This document shows, piece after piece, positions 1-11,200 of a stretch of 61,376 bases of DNA; position 1 is the first letter of the stretch; each line of letters opens with the position of its first letter. The translations under genes and the position numbers were made by a program. The notes below the pieces were generated by a model. That model did not search any database. It worked only from the letters and a program-made list of their open reading frames with translations, and was not told the DNA's origin. The stretch lies in the NCBI GenBank assembly GCA_030264375.1, contig JASCQW010000043.1:32271960-32333335 (forward strand), given 5' to 3'. The stretch is from Carcharhinus longimanus (Eukaryota).

Positions 1-41
1 TCTTTCTTTCTGCTAAAACAAACAATGTTGAGATGCATTTA

Positions 42-341
42 GGGCGGCACAGTGGCAGAGTGGTTAGCACTGCTGCTTCACAGTGCCAGGGACCCAGGTT
101 CAATTCCAGCCTTGGGTCACTGTCTGTGTGGAGTTTGCATGTTCTCCCTGTGTCTGCGTGGGTTTCCTCTGGGTGCTCCTGTTTACTCACACAGTCCAAA
201 GATGTGCAAGTTAGGTGGATTGGCCATGACAAATTGCCCCTTAGTATCTGGGGAATTAACAGGCTGGAGTTATGGGGATAGGACCTGGGTGGGATTGTTG
301 TCAATGCAGGCTCAATAGGCTGAATGGGTAGGGATTCTATG
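42..341 (+). mobile_element. HE1-type V-SINE (tRNA-derived, shark)
   Basis: tRNA-like head with A box (TGGCAGAGTGG) and B box (GGTTCAATTCC), V-domain GTGTGGAGTTTGCATGTTCTCCC...GGGTTTCCTC, CR1-type tail GGGATTCTATG. Confidence 0.9.
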
Positions 342-514
342 GCTTTTATGTATGTCGCAGCCAAGCCACTTTTATCGTCAAGGCCTCACTACATGCTTCT
401 GACGCAGCACATTGTAATGTCAGCTTCACAATGTGGAATCCAAGGACCATAGTCTGATTGGAAACTGAAGTATGAAAATTGAATGTTAAGGTGACTTTGT
501 CAATGATTGGTAAA

Positions 515-1281
515 CACGACAACAATCTCTCCCCCAGTGTCAATAAAATGAAGGGGATTGTCATTGACTTCAGGAAGTGTAGTGGAGGACACGTCCCTGT
601 CTACATCAATGGGGATGAATTAGGAATGGTCGAGAGCTTCAAATTTTTAGATGTCCAGATCACCAACAATCTGTTCTGGTCCCCCTGTGCCAACAAAATA
701 GTTAAGAAAATTCACAACGCCTCTACTTTCTCAGGAAGAAAATTTGGTATATCTGCTACAACTCTCACCAACTTCTATAGATGCACCATAGAAAGCATTC
801 TTTCTGGTTGTATCACAGCTTGGTATGGCTCCTGCTCGGTCTAAGACCACACAAAACTACAAAGGGTCATTAATGAAGTCCAGTCTATTGCACAAACCAG
901 CTTCCCATCCACTGACTCTGTCTACACTTCCCACTGCCTCAGAAAAGCAACTGGCATAATTAAGGATGTTACGCACCCCAGACATTCTCTCTTCCACTTT
1001 CTTCTGTTGGAAAAAAGATACAAAAGTCTGAGGTCACGTACCAACCAACTCAAAAGCAGCTTCTTCTCTGTTGCCATCAGACTTTTGAATGGATTATCTC
1101 TCATTAAGTTGATCTTTCTCTACATCCTAGCTATGACTGTAACACTACATTCTGCAACACTCTCCTTTCCTTCTCCCTATGTACTTTTTGAACAGTATGC
1201 TTTGTCTGTATGGTGTGCAAGAAACAATATTTTTCATTGTATTCTAATACATGTGACAATAATAAATCAAATCAAATCAAA
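515..1281 (+). mobile_element. Rex1/Babar-type LINE, 5'-truncated (end of RT ORF and 3' UTR)
   Basis: Translation ESFKFLDVQITNNL...TLTNFYRCTIESILSGCITAWYGSCS, frameshifted; tail AATAAATCAAATCAAATCAAA. Confidence 0.8.
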
Positions 1282-1321
1282 TGATTTGTAAATGCTTAGC
1301 ATAACTTTCTTGTTTATATAT

Positions 1322-1500
1322 TCAGCAGCAGGCAAGCAGAGGCAAGGGGAGTCTGTGGATGTAATGGAGATGGGAATAGATGGTCTTTTTAATAATGCAG
1401 GTATGTCGTAGGATGCTTATTCCAGGGTCAAATATAATACCAATGTTGTAAATAGTTTGGCTTAAGCTCAGAGATTTGCCAGAGAGAGGGAGAGGGAATG
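1322..1500 (-). mobile_element. L2 LINE ORF2 fragment
   Basis: Minus-strand translation LSLSQTIYNIGIIFDPGIS...KTIYSHLHYIHRL resembles L2 NLGVxFD...AYFHLRNI. Confidence 0.55.
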
Positions 1501-3099
1501 GAGTTTGTGACAGGAATAAAGACAATAACTTTCTATCTCTTCCCAGTACAGGATAGCAAGGGAAGATATTGCATAACGGAAGAAACTGGAATACAGAAAA
1601 GGAGAACAAATGTGCAAAAGACATGGAATGTTGCAAGTGGGGATATACAGATATGTTTAGATTCGGATTTTATTTTGACATCTATTCCAAGTGGGTAGTG
1701 TGCAACTGGGACATTGCTCAAGTGTGCCAGTTTGATTATTGGGAGACATCTATTTAAATTTATTTTTGAAGCTGTGATGCTTATTTCACAGATTTTATAT
1801 ACAGGCTTCTAACATTCTTTGCATGTTAGGTGCTTTTATATTGGAGGCCTTAGGCTTCCATACCTACTGATGCAAGAATAATGACAAGATGTTGCTCAAT
1901 GTAATCGATACCTGCTGTCACATTATCATCCCAGCATGGACAAGTACAGTTCATAAATTTGTCATGTTGTTTATCTCTCATTACAGTTACAGCCAAAGTA
2001 TAACAGACTGTGTTTTTGGTAACAGGAGTTTGGGAATGAAGTACTTCCATATGTTATCCTCCAACTTCTAAAAAACAAGAAACAGTTTCCCTTTAATAAA
2101 TTAATCAGAAAATTCCATTGAATTGGAAGAAAATTATAGTTAACAAATTTTCTATTACTACAGTTACACTGCCAATTACATGTCAATGCAAATTGTATTT
2201 GGATGAGCATGCTATTTAAGTAGAAACCTAACTCTGGAGGCAGACCCCAAGCTAAAACAAATAGTGTAAAATCTCTTCTTTAGGCTGCCCACCTCAACTT
2301 GGGCTTGATACTATGCATAACACTAATGTGGCAAGAAGACAAATTTCAAAAGTATTCAGTCTGCGGGACCTCCTGTGCACTTTATAAACCGACTGCAAAG
2401 CCATTTCAATATTATGAGAAAACAGACCCACCCACACTCTCAAAATAAAAGTCATTACTGGCTGGGAGCAGAACTTAAATGCACGTCAGTATATGTACTT
2501 AGAGGTCTCTCCTGGTGGGCAGAGTGCAATTCAAAGCACAATGTATACTGTAAGTGTTGATGTCTGCACTTCACACTGTTCAGTTACTAATCTCAGACCA
2601 GTAGTACAGCATAGCTCCAGCCTCATTAATGTGTCACAAAACAGAAACATCTGTTTTGCCTTCCATCTTCTCCCAGTATGTCTTTCAAATCAATTATGCT
2701 GTTCCTTAAATCCAGTGTGCTTTTTTTGAACGATGATGACGTCACTTGATCCTAGTCCAGATCTGTGACCTGGCTCCAGCAGATTAAAGAAAACACATTA
2801 CATTCACTTAGCGAATGAACATGGGAATGCTGGGATTAACGCTCCATTTGGAGTCAAGTGATTTGCACACTGTCGGGTTGAACTTAAATGGATAAAGAAT
2901 GAACATCATGAACGTAACAAGTGGAAGAGAACAAATAAGATGTCTTTGACCTTTAGTTTGAGCTGTGAGTAATTATCACACATCCAACATTTGATATCAA
3001 ACAGGCAGTCAGGTAGCTCAGTGTTAGTTCCTGAATAAGGTATATATTTTCTTATGAGATCCCCACCTGCATAAATGCTAACATTTAGCCAAATTGATG

Positions 3100-4245
3100 C
3101 ACTCCATGTGCACTAGACAAGACAAAGATTATGGGCTTAGTAACGTGTCAGCTGAAATGCAAAATATCCATGGAACAGACTATACAGTCTCCAAGGAACA
3201 CTTCCTATCAAGCTGCACACCCAACAATGTGGAATTTTGTGCTGGTATGTCCGATCAACAGAAAACAACAAATTACCATGCTGTAAGTCTCCTCCCAGCT
3301 TTCAGCAAAGCCATGGAAGAAGAATCATAGGACCATAAAGCAAAACTGCTCACAAATAATCTGTTCAATGATATTCATCTGCCAAAACCACTCTAAGGCA
3401 ATCCCCCATTATAGTCCTTCTTAGCTAAACCAAGGAAACAAAATGAGGGTGAACTCAACATCAGGGCACCATTCAGTTCAAACAAGTACATTACTACAGA
3501 CTGGAACAAAGCTGAGGTTGATGGAAGGGGTCAAAGATTAAACTTTTCCATGCCTGGAGTTACACCTATGCAAAGGAAAATGACTATAGTCATTCAAGGT
3601 CTGTGACTACAAACCCAGGACATCACTGCAAGAACTCCTTAGGATTTGAATGTCTTCAGCTGCTTCATCAATGGCATTCATTAGGGATGCACGGTAAATG
3701 CTGGCCTAGTAAGCGACAGCCACATCCTGTGAATTAATTTTTTTAAAAAATTCACTGTCATTATGTCAGAAATGGCACTGTTCACTGATGAATCCACACA
3801 TTTCCCTTATTTGGCAACCCATGCTAGCTAGAAAATAACATCTAGGTTTGTGCGTGCTGATGGTAGCTAATAGTCACATCCCATAAATGTCAGGTAATTA
3901 AAATCTTAAATGAGAGAAAGCTTAGTCATCTCCCCGACCTTCAATGACACTATCAGTGTTAAGTTCTCCACCAGCAACATCCTGTGGCATACCATAGACT
4001 GAAACTTAGCTTAGCTATATCATCACCTTGGCTCCAGGAGCAAAGTAGGGGTTGAGTACTCTGTGTCGAGTGACTTTTCTGATGGCCACTCAAAGATTAT
4101 CAATGATCCATAAGACTTAGGTCAGAGTGAGGAAGGAATATTAATCATTCACTTGGCTTCATATAGCTGCAACAAGAATCAAGAAGCTTAATGCCAGGAT
4201 CTCCTGTGCCACTCAATTACCTATTCATCCTTCCACTACAAGCAC
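3100..4245 (+). mobile_element. Old CR1-clade LINE RT fragments
   Basis: NYHAVSLLPAFSKAMEE (NYRPISLL-type RT motif) and later degenerate RT segments; same family as 36830-37610. Confidence 0.6.
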
Positions 4246-4254
4246 ATACATGGG

Positions 4255-4540
4255 AGAAGGTGGTGTAGTGGTATTGTGACTGGATTAGTAATCACCATGG
4301 CTGATGGTAAAATTTGAATTCAATAAAGTTCTGGAATTAAGTCTAATGATGACCATGAAACAATTGTTGTAAAAACCGATCTAGTTCACTGATCTCCTTT
4401 AGGGAAGAAAATTTGTCATCCTTACCTACATTTGACTCCAGACCACTGCAATGTGATTGATGCTTAAATGTCTTGATCAATGTTGACTTTTGATAGGGAC
4501 AATAAATGCTGGCCCAGCCAGCGGCACCTACGTCCCATGA
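4255..4540 (+). mobile_element. tRNA-derived SINE with a CR1-clade LINE tail (second SINE family)
   Basis: A-box-like GGTGGTGTAGTGGT head; tail AATAAATGCTGGCCCAGCCAGC...CCCATGA matches the LINE end at about 37550-37600. Confidence 0.7.
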
Positions 4541-5490
4541 TCCAATATAGCATTGAGTATGTACTACTTGTATGGTGTCAGCTGGCACGCCAGTTTGCCA
4601 GCACAAACCCTCCTCTGGATTCATCATCACATGCAACTTTGAGATGGTGCTGCTTTTGTCTTTCTTGGTGGTAGAGTTTGGTACAGTGCTATCTCTAAAT
4701 TTCCACAAAATCAGATGCCAGTCTGACTTGGATACATATCCCTTTATTACTGTTGGATCAATATTCTAGAATTCCCTATTTGTGGGAGGGAGTACCATCA
4801 CTACAAGGACTGCATTGGTATAAGAAAAGAGTCAACCTTTTCAGAGTCTACATTTGGAGATCAACTGGATAAAAGTATGTACATAGAATTAACCCTGACA
4901 TCCATCCCCTGCCTGGTGTGTAGATTCATACTTGGCACAGTGATGAAAAGAGCAATCCTTGTATACATCCCATCAATGAGATGGGAATGGCGTGGAGTGG
5001 TGGGGATGTGATGGTGGTATTGTGTCCTGCATGATTCTGTCACTTCTTATTCATATTTCTGGCATGTGTGTCATTGTTGTTAATTTAGTGAAAACGTTCT
5101 TCTTTTTTACAGGTGGCATACTGCTGACTAGATTATGTCAAATTGCTGCTGCCCAGCAATTAGCAATGATTGTACTGTTTTAATTGATTAAGTGATAGGT
5201 CTTCTGTTTTAATGCATTATTTTAACCAGATTTCAGGGTATTTAAAGATTTTTCTGTTTCATTACAATTCAGTTCCTCACCAAAGGAACCAGCAGTGTGA
5301 TGCAATGCTTGAAAATAGGTTTCCTGGCATTATTGTTCTGGTTGGAATTTAAAACTAGACTGATGGAATTATCGAGATGTGAAGCATAGAACATTGACCA
5401 GAGCTGCATTTATATTCCAGCTCCAAAGATACAGAAATTGCAAATGCAAAAAGGCCTTCTAGTCTAGCAAGCTTGTCCCACACAGTCACA

Positions 5491-6161
5491 AGGTGGTATT
5501 TTTAGCCTCTGATGGAGATCAGCACGTAGAAAATGTGTGGTGTCAGCTGGCATGGAAGTTTGCCAGCACCAACCCTCCTCTGGACAGTTTTCCTGGAGGT
5601 GGCACAATGGTGCCAAGGATAGCTTCCCAAAGCAGTGGTAGGTAGCTAATTGACAGCAATTAAATGGCAACTAAATTCAATTGTGTGTGCTTGACTGGAG
5701 ATTTCCATCTGGCCTGTGGGCCCCTTATGTATTAGGAACTAGGCCTGGAAGTCCACTTGATGGCAGTCCAGGGTGAGAACAATGCTCTGGTTAGTTTTTT
5801 GATGCTTTCCCTGCTTGCCTGACCACAGCTGCAGTTGAAGGCTTGCCTTTATAGGGTTCACCCTTCACAATAATTGCCTGGTTATTAAGCCTACTTTTTA
5901 TTTAAAAGTTTAGAAAGTTGGAGAGCAGGCGTGAAGCACCCCCTCTCTCTCTGACCTTAAAATGCATCCTGCAGCTTTTTCTTCCAACTTTGAGAAGCTT
6001 GCCCACCACACTTAGTTTATTGACAAGCTACTATTGTAGCTTGTCAATAAACTGGCTATTATTCACCAACTGTGGGAAAATCACAACCAGTTGACTGCTC
6101 CCCACACAGTGGAGTGTGGTTGTGACACTCATTAGGCCCCAGCAGACCCAAATACCTTCCC
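5491..6161. mobile_element. Candidate non-autonomous DNA transposon (TIR-bounded)
   Basis: Imperfect terminal inverted repeats AGGTGGTATTT ... AAATACCTTCCC, similar to the MITE ends at 23353 and 49866. Confidence 0.4.
6014..6053. repeat. Perfect 18-bp inverted repeat with 4-nt spacer
   Basis: AGTTTATTGACAAGCTAC-TATT-GTAGCTTGTCAATAAACT. Confidence 0.95.
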
Positions 6162-6794
6162 ATGATATCTGAAGCATCCCTTACCTCCCAGCAGCCAATT
6201 GATCTCCTGCAAGGGAGGGACAAAATAAAACTAAAAACTCAAAGCTATTTAACGTGAATAACGTCTTGAAAATTTATTTTTAACTAATAGGGTGATCAAA
6301 ACTAGCCCAGGAACCCACATAGACATCAACCAACTTTTATAGGATGTGATTTCTGCCCCAGTTATTAAATGGTCTTGGCCTTTTCTCAATGTGCTCAGAG
6401 ATTTAGCACTCACTGCACAAGCCATAAGCCCACTTCATGTAGGAAAAGAAAAACAGATAACTTATAGGCATAACCCCTGACCCTTCCCAATCTACTGAAT
6501 TGAAAATTATGATTTATTATGAGGAAGGGAACTTAATTATGTAACTGCGGTATATATTTCTATCAAACTACCCTTCTCTGTATAGCTCTGAAATGAATGG
6601 ACATAATATTTGAGTAACTAGCATTGATTAAATTTTGAATCATTCTTGTGGTTCTCTTTGAAACCATTTCCACATTTCACACCATTTGAAGAACTATGAT
6701 TGGATACACTATAATCAAGATTGTCTAACCAAGTTTTGTTTTAGGTTTGGAGAGCTGGATGACATTAAAGTCTGACTTTACTCCTTAATACAAT

Positions 6795-6930
6795 GGAAAA
6801 ATACTGCAGGTGCTGAAAATCTAGAATGAAAAGAGGAAATGGGTAACAGGCCTAACATCTCACCCCTATTACTCTCCATAAATGTTACAAGACCTGCTGA
6901 GTATTTGTGGCATTTTCTGCCTTTATTTGT
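6795..6930. mobile_element. Penelope-like terminal repeat remnants in inverted orientation
   Basis: AAAATACTGCAGGTGCTGAAAATCT... followed by a reverse copy ...AGACCTGCTGAGTATTTGTGGCATTTTCTG; homologous to 17885-17980. Confidence 0.5.
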
Positions 6931-7175
6931 GATTCTGCTCCCAGGGTGAAGATTGCCATGGTGCCCACTATACATGCACTCCCACAAGCACATTTACACT
7001 GCAAGTTTAGCACAAAGTGATTTCAACTAACATTAATTGGCAGTTTTCATGGTGGTTACATCAAGCTCTGACTCAAGGGGAAGATCAAATAAGATGCTTT
7101 GGAATCTGATCCTTTCAATACATTTGGCTCCTTCCCCATGTCACTTAGGGTCCCAGCACTCTAATTGATCGCACA

Positions 7176-7493
7176 GGATGGCACGGTGGCACTGTAGTTA
7201 GCACTGCTGCCTCACAGCAACAGTGACCCGGGTTCAATTCAGGCCTCCAGTCTGAGTGGAGTTTGCATGTTCTCCCCATATCTGCGCGGGTTTCCTCCGG
7301 ATGCTCCAGTTTCCTCCCACATTCCAAAAATGTGCAGATTAGGTTGATTGGCAATGCTAAATTGCCCTTAGTGTCAGCAGGATTAGCAGGGTAAATATCT
7401 GGGGTAAAGTGGACAGGGCCTGAGTGGGATTGTTGTGCACGCTCGATGGGCTGAGTAGCCTCCTTCTGCACTGTAAGGATTCTATGATTCTAT
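7176..7493 (+). mobile_element. HE1-type V-SINE, full length
   Basis: A/B boxes, V-domain, tail CCTTCTGCACTGTAAGGATTCTATGATTCTAT. Confidence 0.92.
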
Positions 7494-7544
7494 ATCTTCA
7501 TATCAACGATCGCTATTTGAATTTATTGATTTTCCCGCCTCATG

Positions 7545-7705
7545 TCTTTTAGAACGTACCTGGATTGAGCACTTGGCATGTCATAACATTCAAGCCTATG
7601 GGCCAAGTGCTGGTAAGTGGGTTAGGTGGGAGTTCAGGTGTTTCTCGCGTGTTCGTGCAGACTCGATGAGCCGAAGGGCCTCTTCTGGACTATATGATGC
7701 TGTGA
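7545..7705 (+). mobile_element. CR1 LINE 3' end
   Basis: CTATGGGCCAAGTGCTGGTAAGTGG...GCAGACTCGATGAGCCGAAGGGCCTCTTCT, the CR1 3' stem-loop region. Confidence 0.7.
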
Positions 7706-8299
7706 CAGCCCCTACCCAGCATTGATGCAAACTGGCTTGCCTGCACCTGTAGCTGGGTTCTTGCATCACCAGCAAGGCCTGCAATAGGAATTAAACTGGC
7801 TTCCAGGCTGGAGAACCACCCACTGGAGCACTCCAGCTTCTTGCGTTAATTTCATACTGCATAGTGTAGACTTAATGAAGTGTCAAACTTGATGCGCTAA
7901 AGTGGGAAAGCCACTTCTTGTGAAAGAAGAACTTGAAATCGGGCAGATGGGGGATTTCTATAACAGGGCTAATAGATAGGCGCACACTCCGGTTTTGAAT
8001 GAGGGTCAGGCTCATGAGTGTCCCAGAATTACGATTTAGCAGCTCTCCCTGGCATCGCCAGCTCTCACCTATGCCTCCAGGTAGCTGGTCGTTGGCTGAA
8101 GTAATTGAGGTATTTCGTCTGCTGTAGATGGGGAGCATCATCCCTCTCAAATGCAGGGGATCTGGAACGATGGGAGAGGAGAGATGGGCATCAGCAAGAG
8201 GACACCAACCAGATGTGTGATACATTCAGGGCACTCAGATTTGTGTTCAGTCAGCTCGGAAAAAAATACCGAGCATCATCCCATTGTTAGCAATCAAAT

Positions 8300-11200
8300 T
8301 TCCTGACAAAAATGTACAGTGGAAGCGACTCGTACGACATTGCATCCATCAACGCAAGAGGGTGGAACCTGATGAAGAACTTGGAGCATTGTATGAATTA
8401 ATTAGACCTTTACTCCTTGAATATTTTACAGCTTAATCATAAGTACACCTACCATTTCCAACCTTTCACAGAATTAGGCGGGGGAACTTTTCATTTGTAC
8501 TGGAGTGAATATGTCTAAGATCTCTGAAATTATTGCGGATCGTTTTGTTAAAATGCATTCTGAAGATTACCAAATTGGAGAATTGAGATTTGCTTTTAGA
8601 TGGAAGAGTGAACGTGTACAACGTTTCTGAGTGCTGGGCGGGGAGCGCTGTTTATTGGACTCTGTAGAGAATTGTATCATTTGGCGGATGATCTGGCTGC
8701 TCTCAGTTCCGACCTCATCGTCGTTCCGAATATAAATTTCATTCGATTGTTATCTTCAGGTGAAAAAAAAATCATAAAATGAAATAGTAAAACACAAAAT
8801 AAAACAGTGATCGCGCAAATTTTGCACGGCGACTCAATACATTCCTTCATTGATAACTGGAGTCGAAACATGTTCCTGCGGACCTTCTGCTGTGTAGAAT
8901 CTTATTAGTATTTGAATTACTTTAAAGGCATGTATATTGATTCTTGATTAACATTTTAGCGCTTCCCTATAAGTGTTATATAAGAGACACAACATCTAAC
9001 TATAATCCAGTCGCCCGATTATTTTTCTTTGCGTTGTAAACTAGGATCAACATTCCGAATTGTTAAACCTATTGGAATCAGAACTAAATAATAACATTGT
9101 TAATAACTAAACCTCACCCATATCAGCTAATTGATAAATTAATATGTTTGTCTTATGCGCTGTGTTAACGGAAATACATTAAACTGCATTAAAGAGACGA
9201 TTTGTATGGGGCTCTGAATACATTTCTCACTTGTACTCAGGTAGATATTTCCTGTTAAAATAATAAACTATAGGATTTCACCCCACCCTCTGAAAGACCC
9301 TTCACCTCCCCATTCCCTCAGACCCAAAAAGAGTTCAAGGCACAGTTGTTTAAATGGAATTCGCCGTTTTACACATTTGAAAAATCTTATTATTGACAAC
9401 AATTATTTAATATACAAAAGGAACTTAGAATGTCTCTGCGCATATCTTTAAATACATCAACACAGGTTAGCATTGAAATACAACTTAGCCAAGTAGAAGG
9501 CTACTAAAATCTCGTTACTTTCAAAGACATTTAAAAGGTTGTTTCCTTTTTTCGCGATCAAAGTGCTCTTGAGAAATGCAGTGATGATTCAGTCTCCTGA
9601 TCTCTGAAAGTTTGAACTGTCGACTTCCTATTGCTGGGGGTTACAACTGCTATGTGATAAAAGTCAGGACATTATTGATGCAGAGGGAAGCACCGGGGTT
9701 GATGCTTACACTCTTTGGTAAACATGATCAGATAATTGTGGCAAAGGTCTTATTCCCACCCCAACAGATAGAGAGTTGGAGAGATACTGGAGGAGAAGCG
9801 TGTGGCCATACTAAATGAGGGGCCGAAGCAGCGAACGACCAGTGCGCTCGCCAGCTCGCCTCACAAATTGGCACATGAAATGGCTTCGAAAGTTTGTAAG
9901 TATTCTGTTGTCAGTATGGGCTATCTATTACTTATAAAACTGAATTAAGCATTGCGACACTTTCCTGCTCCCAGCCCCCGCCCAGATAAGAAAACACAGA
10001 TTGGCAATCTAGTTCAAAGTTAACAAATGAAACAATGAGCCAACTCTTGATAGAAACCCCCTAAGTTTTAGGATGCCCTCTTAGAGCTAATTGTCAGCAA
10101 GCCAGTTCTGTATTAAAGCCAAGTTCTTGCATCAGAAGCACCCTAAGAATTTGGTTCAGATTAGGAATTCTGTGTAAGGGACCATCCAGCGTGTCTGTAA
10201 CATATTTATAAATATTTATCATTGTTATATAAACAGAACGAGTCCCAACCGTCTCGCTTTCAACCGTCTTCCTGTTCCGTGGATGTGGTACAGCAGCGCC
10301 TGCCAACGTGACCTCGGGACCAATAGCCCAAAAGGGAGTCACTCGCGGGAATCCAGGAGAAATATTAAAAAGGAAAAGGTCACAACTCTCCATTCTAAAT
10401 TCGACCTTAGAAAAATCTAGACTAGCAACGGGTTGTGAAACAACCTCCTTCCCTTCCCCCTCTATACGATCGATATAGCAATAGCAGCAAAAGTATAACA
10501 AATCATCGTTTACGCAAACAAATGTTGCATGTCACCTCACATAACATTTATATCATATCTCAAAATAATATGGCTGGTATTGTATTAATATAGTAATGCA
10601 TTATTAAAAACCCCGTCGTGTTAGCTAATTACAAGCATTAAAAAGCACAAAAAAGACAAAGTTCCCCAAGGTACCTTTAATCCGATTCACTTTATAGCTT
10701 AAATTCAGGATCACCTAAACTGTGTCATTGTTTAGGCAGAGTAGAGGTTATGGGGGAGGGATGGAGATGTGATTCTGGGATATGTGCCTCTCTTCTTTAT
10801 TATAATGCCGTGCCGTATAAGTCTGGATTGTCATTTCCCGGCCACCGTTTCATGATATATATTTTCTGGCCTCACTTCAGAGAGCCGGAGATCTGTCATG
10901 CTGCACCCTAAGCATTATTTCCATTTTCTTCTTTGTTTTTTAAACACTTCGACGCTCACACACGGTTACTTTACAACTCTCCAGCTTTGTTTTGCTTTAA
11001 ACAGACTGCTGACTTAGTATTTTTATTATTGCTGTAAAACCACATAGTACAAACCAGCACACTGTAGCCAAACGTTAATAAACTTTCAGTCCCATTAGAG
11101 AAGGAGAGGATTTGTAAGGCAGAATAATGAACAGTAGGTTTCAGAAACACTCGACAGGGGATGCAAAAGAGTCTGTTACAAGATATTCAAGAGCCACTCA

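Noticed and set aside
42-115. tRNA genes
   Set aside because: All tRNA-like A/B boxes are SINE heads continuing into SINE bodies; no full cloverleaf seen
33-318. Recurrent short ORFs such as LGSLSVWSLHVLPVSAWVSSG and CGRKPEHPEETH
   Set aside because: Translations of V-SINE copies, not a gene family
8369-8395. Other CTGATGA words as hammerhead cores (also near 3785, 21036, 23657, 50045)
   Set aside because: No stem II plus GAAA follows; two lie inside CR1 coding motifs (WADE, FADD)
10094-10501. 135-aa minus-strand ORF (also 16014-16475 and 46896-47261)
   Set aside because: No recognisable domain and no convincing exon structure
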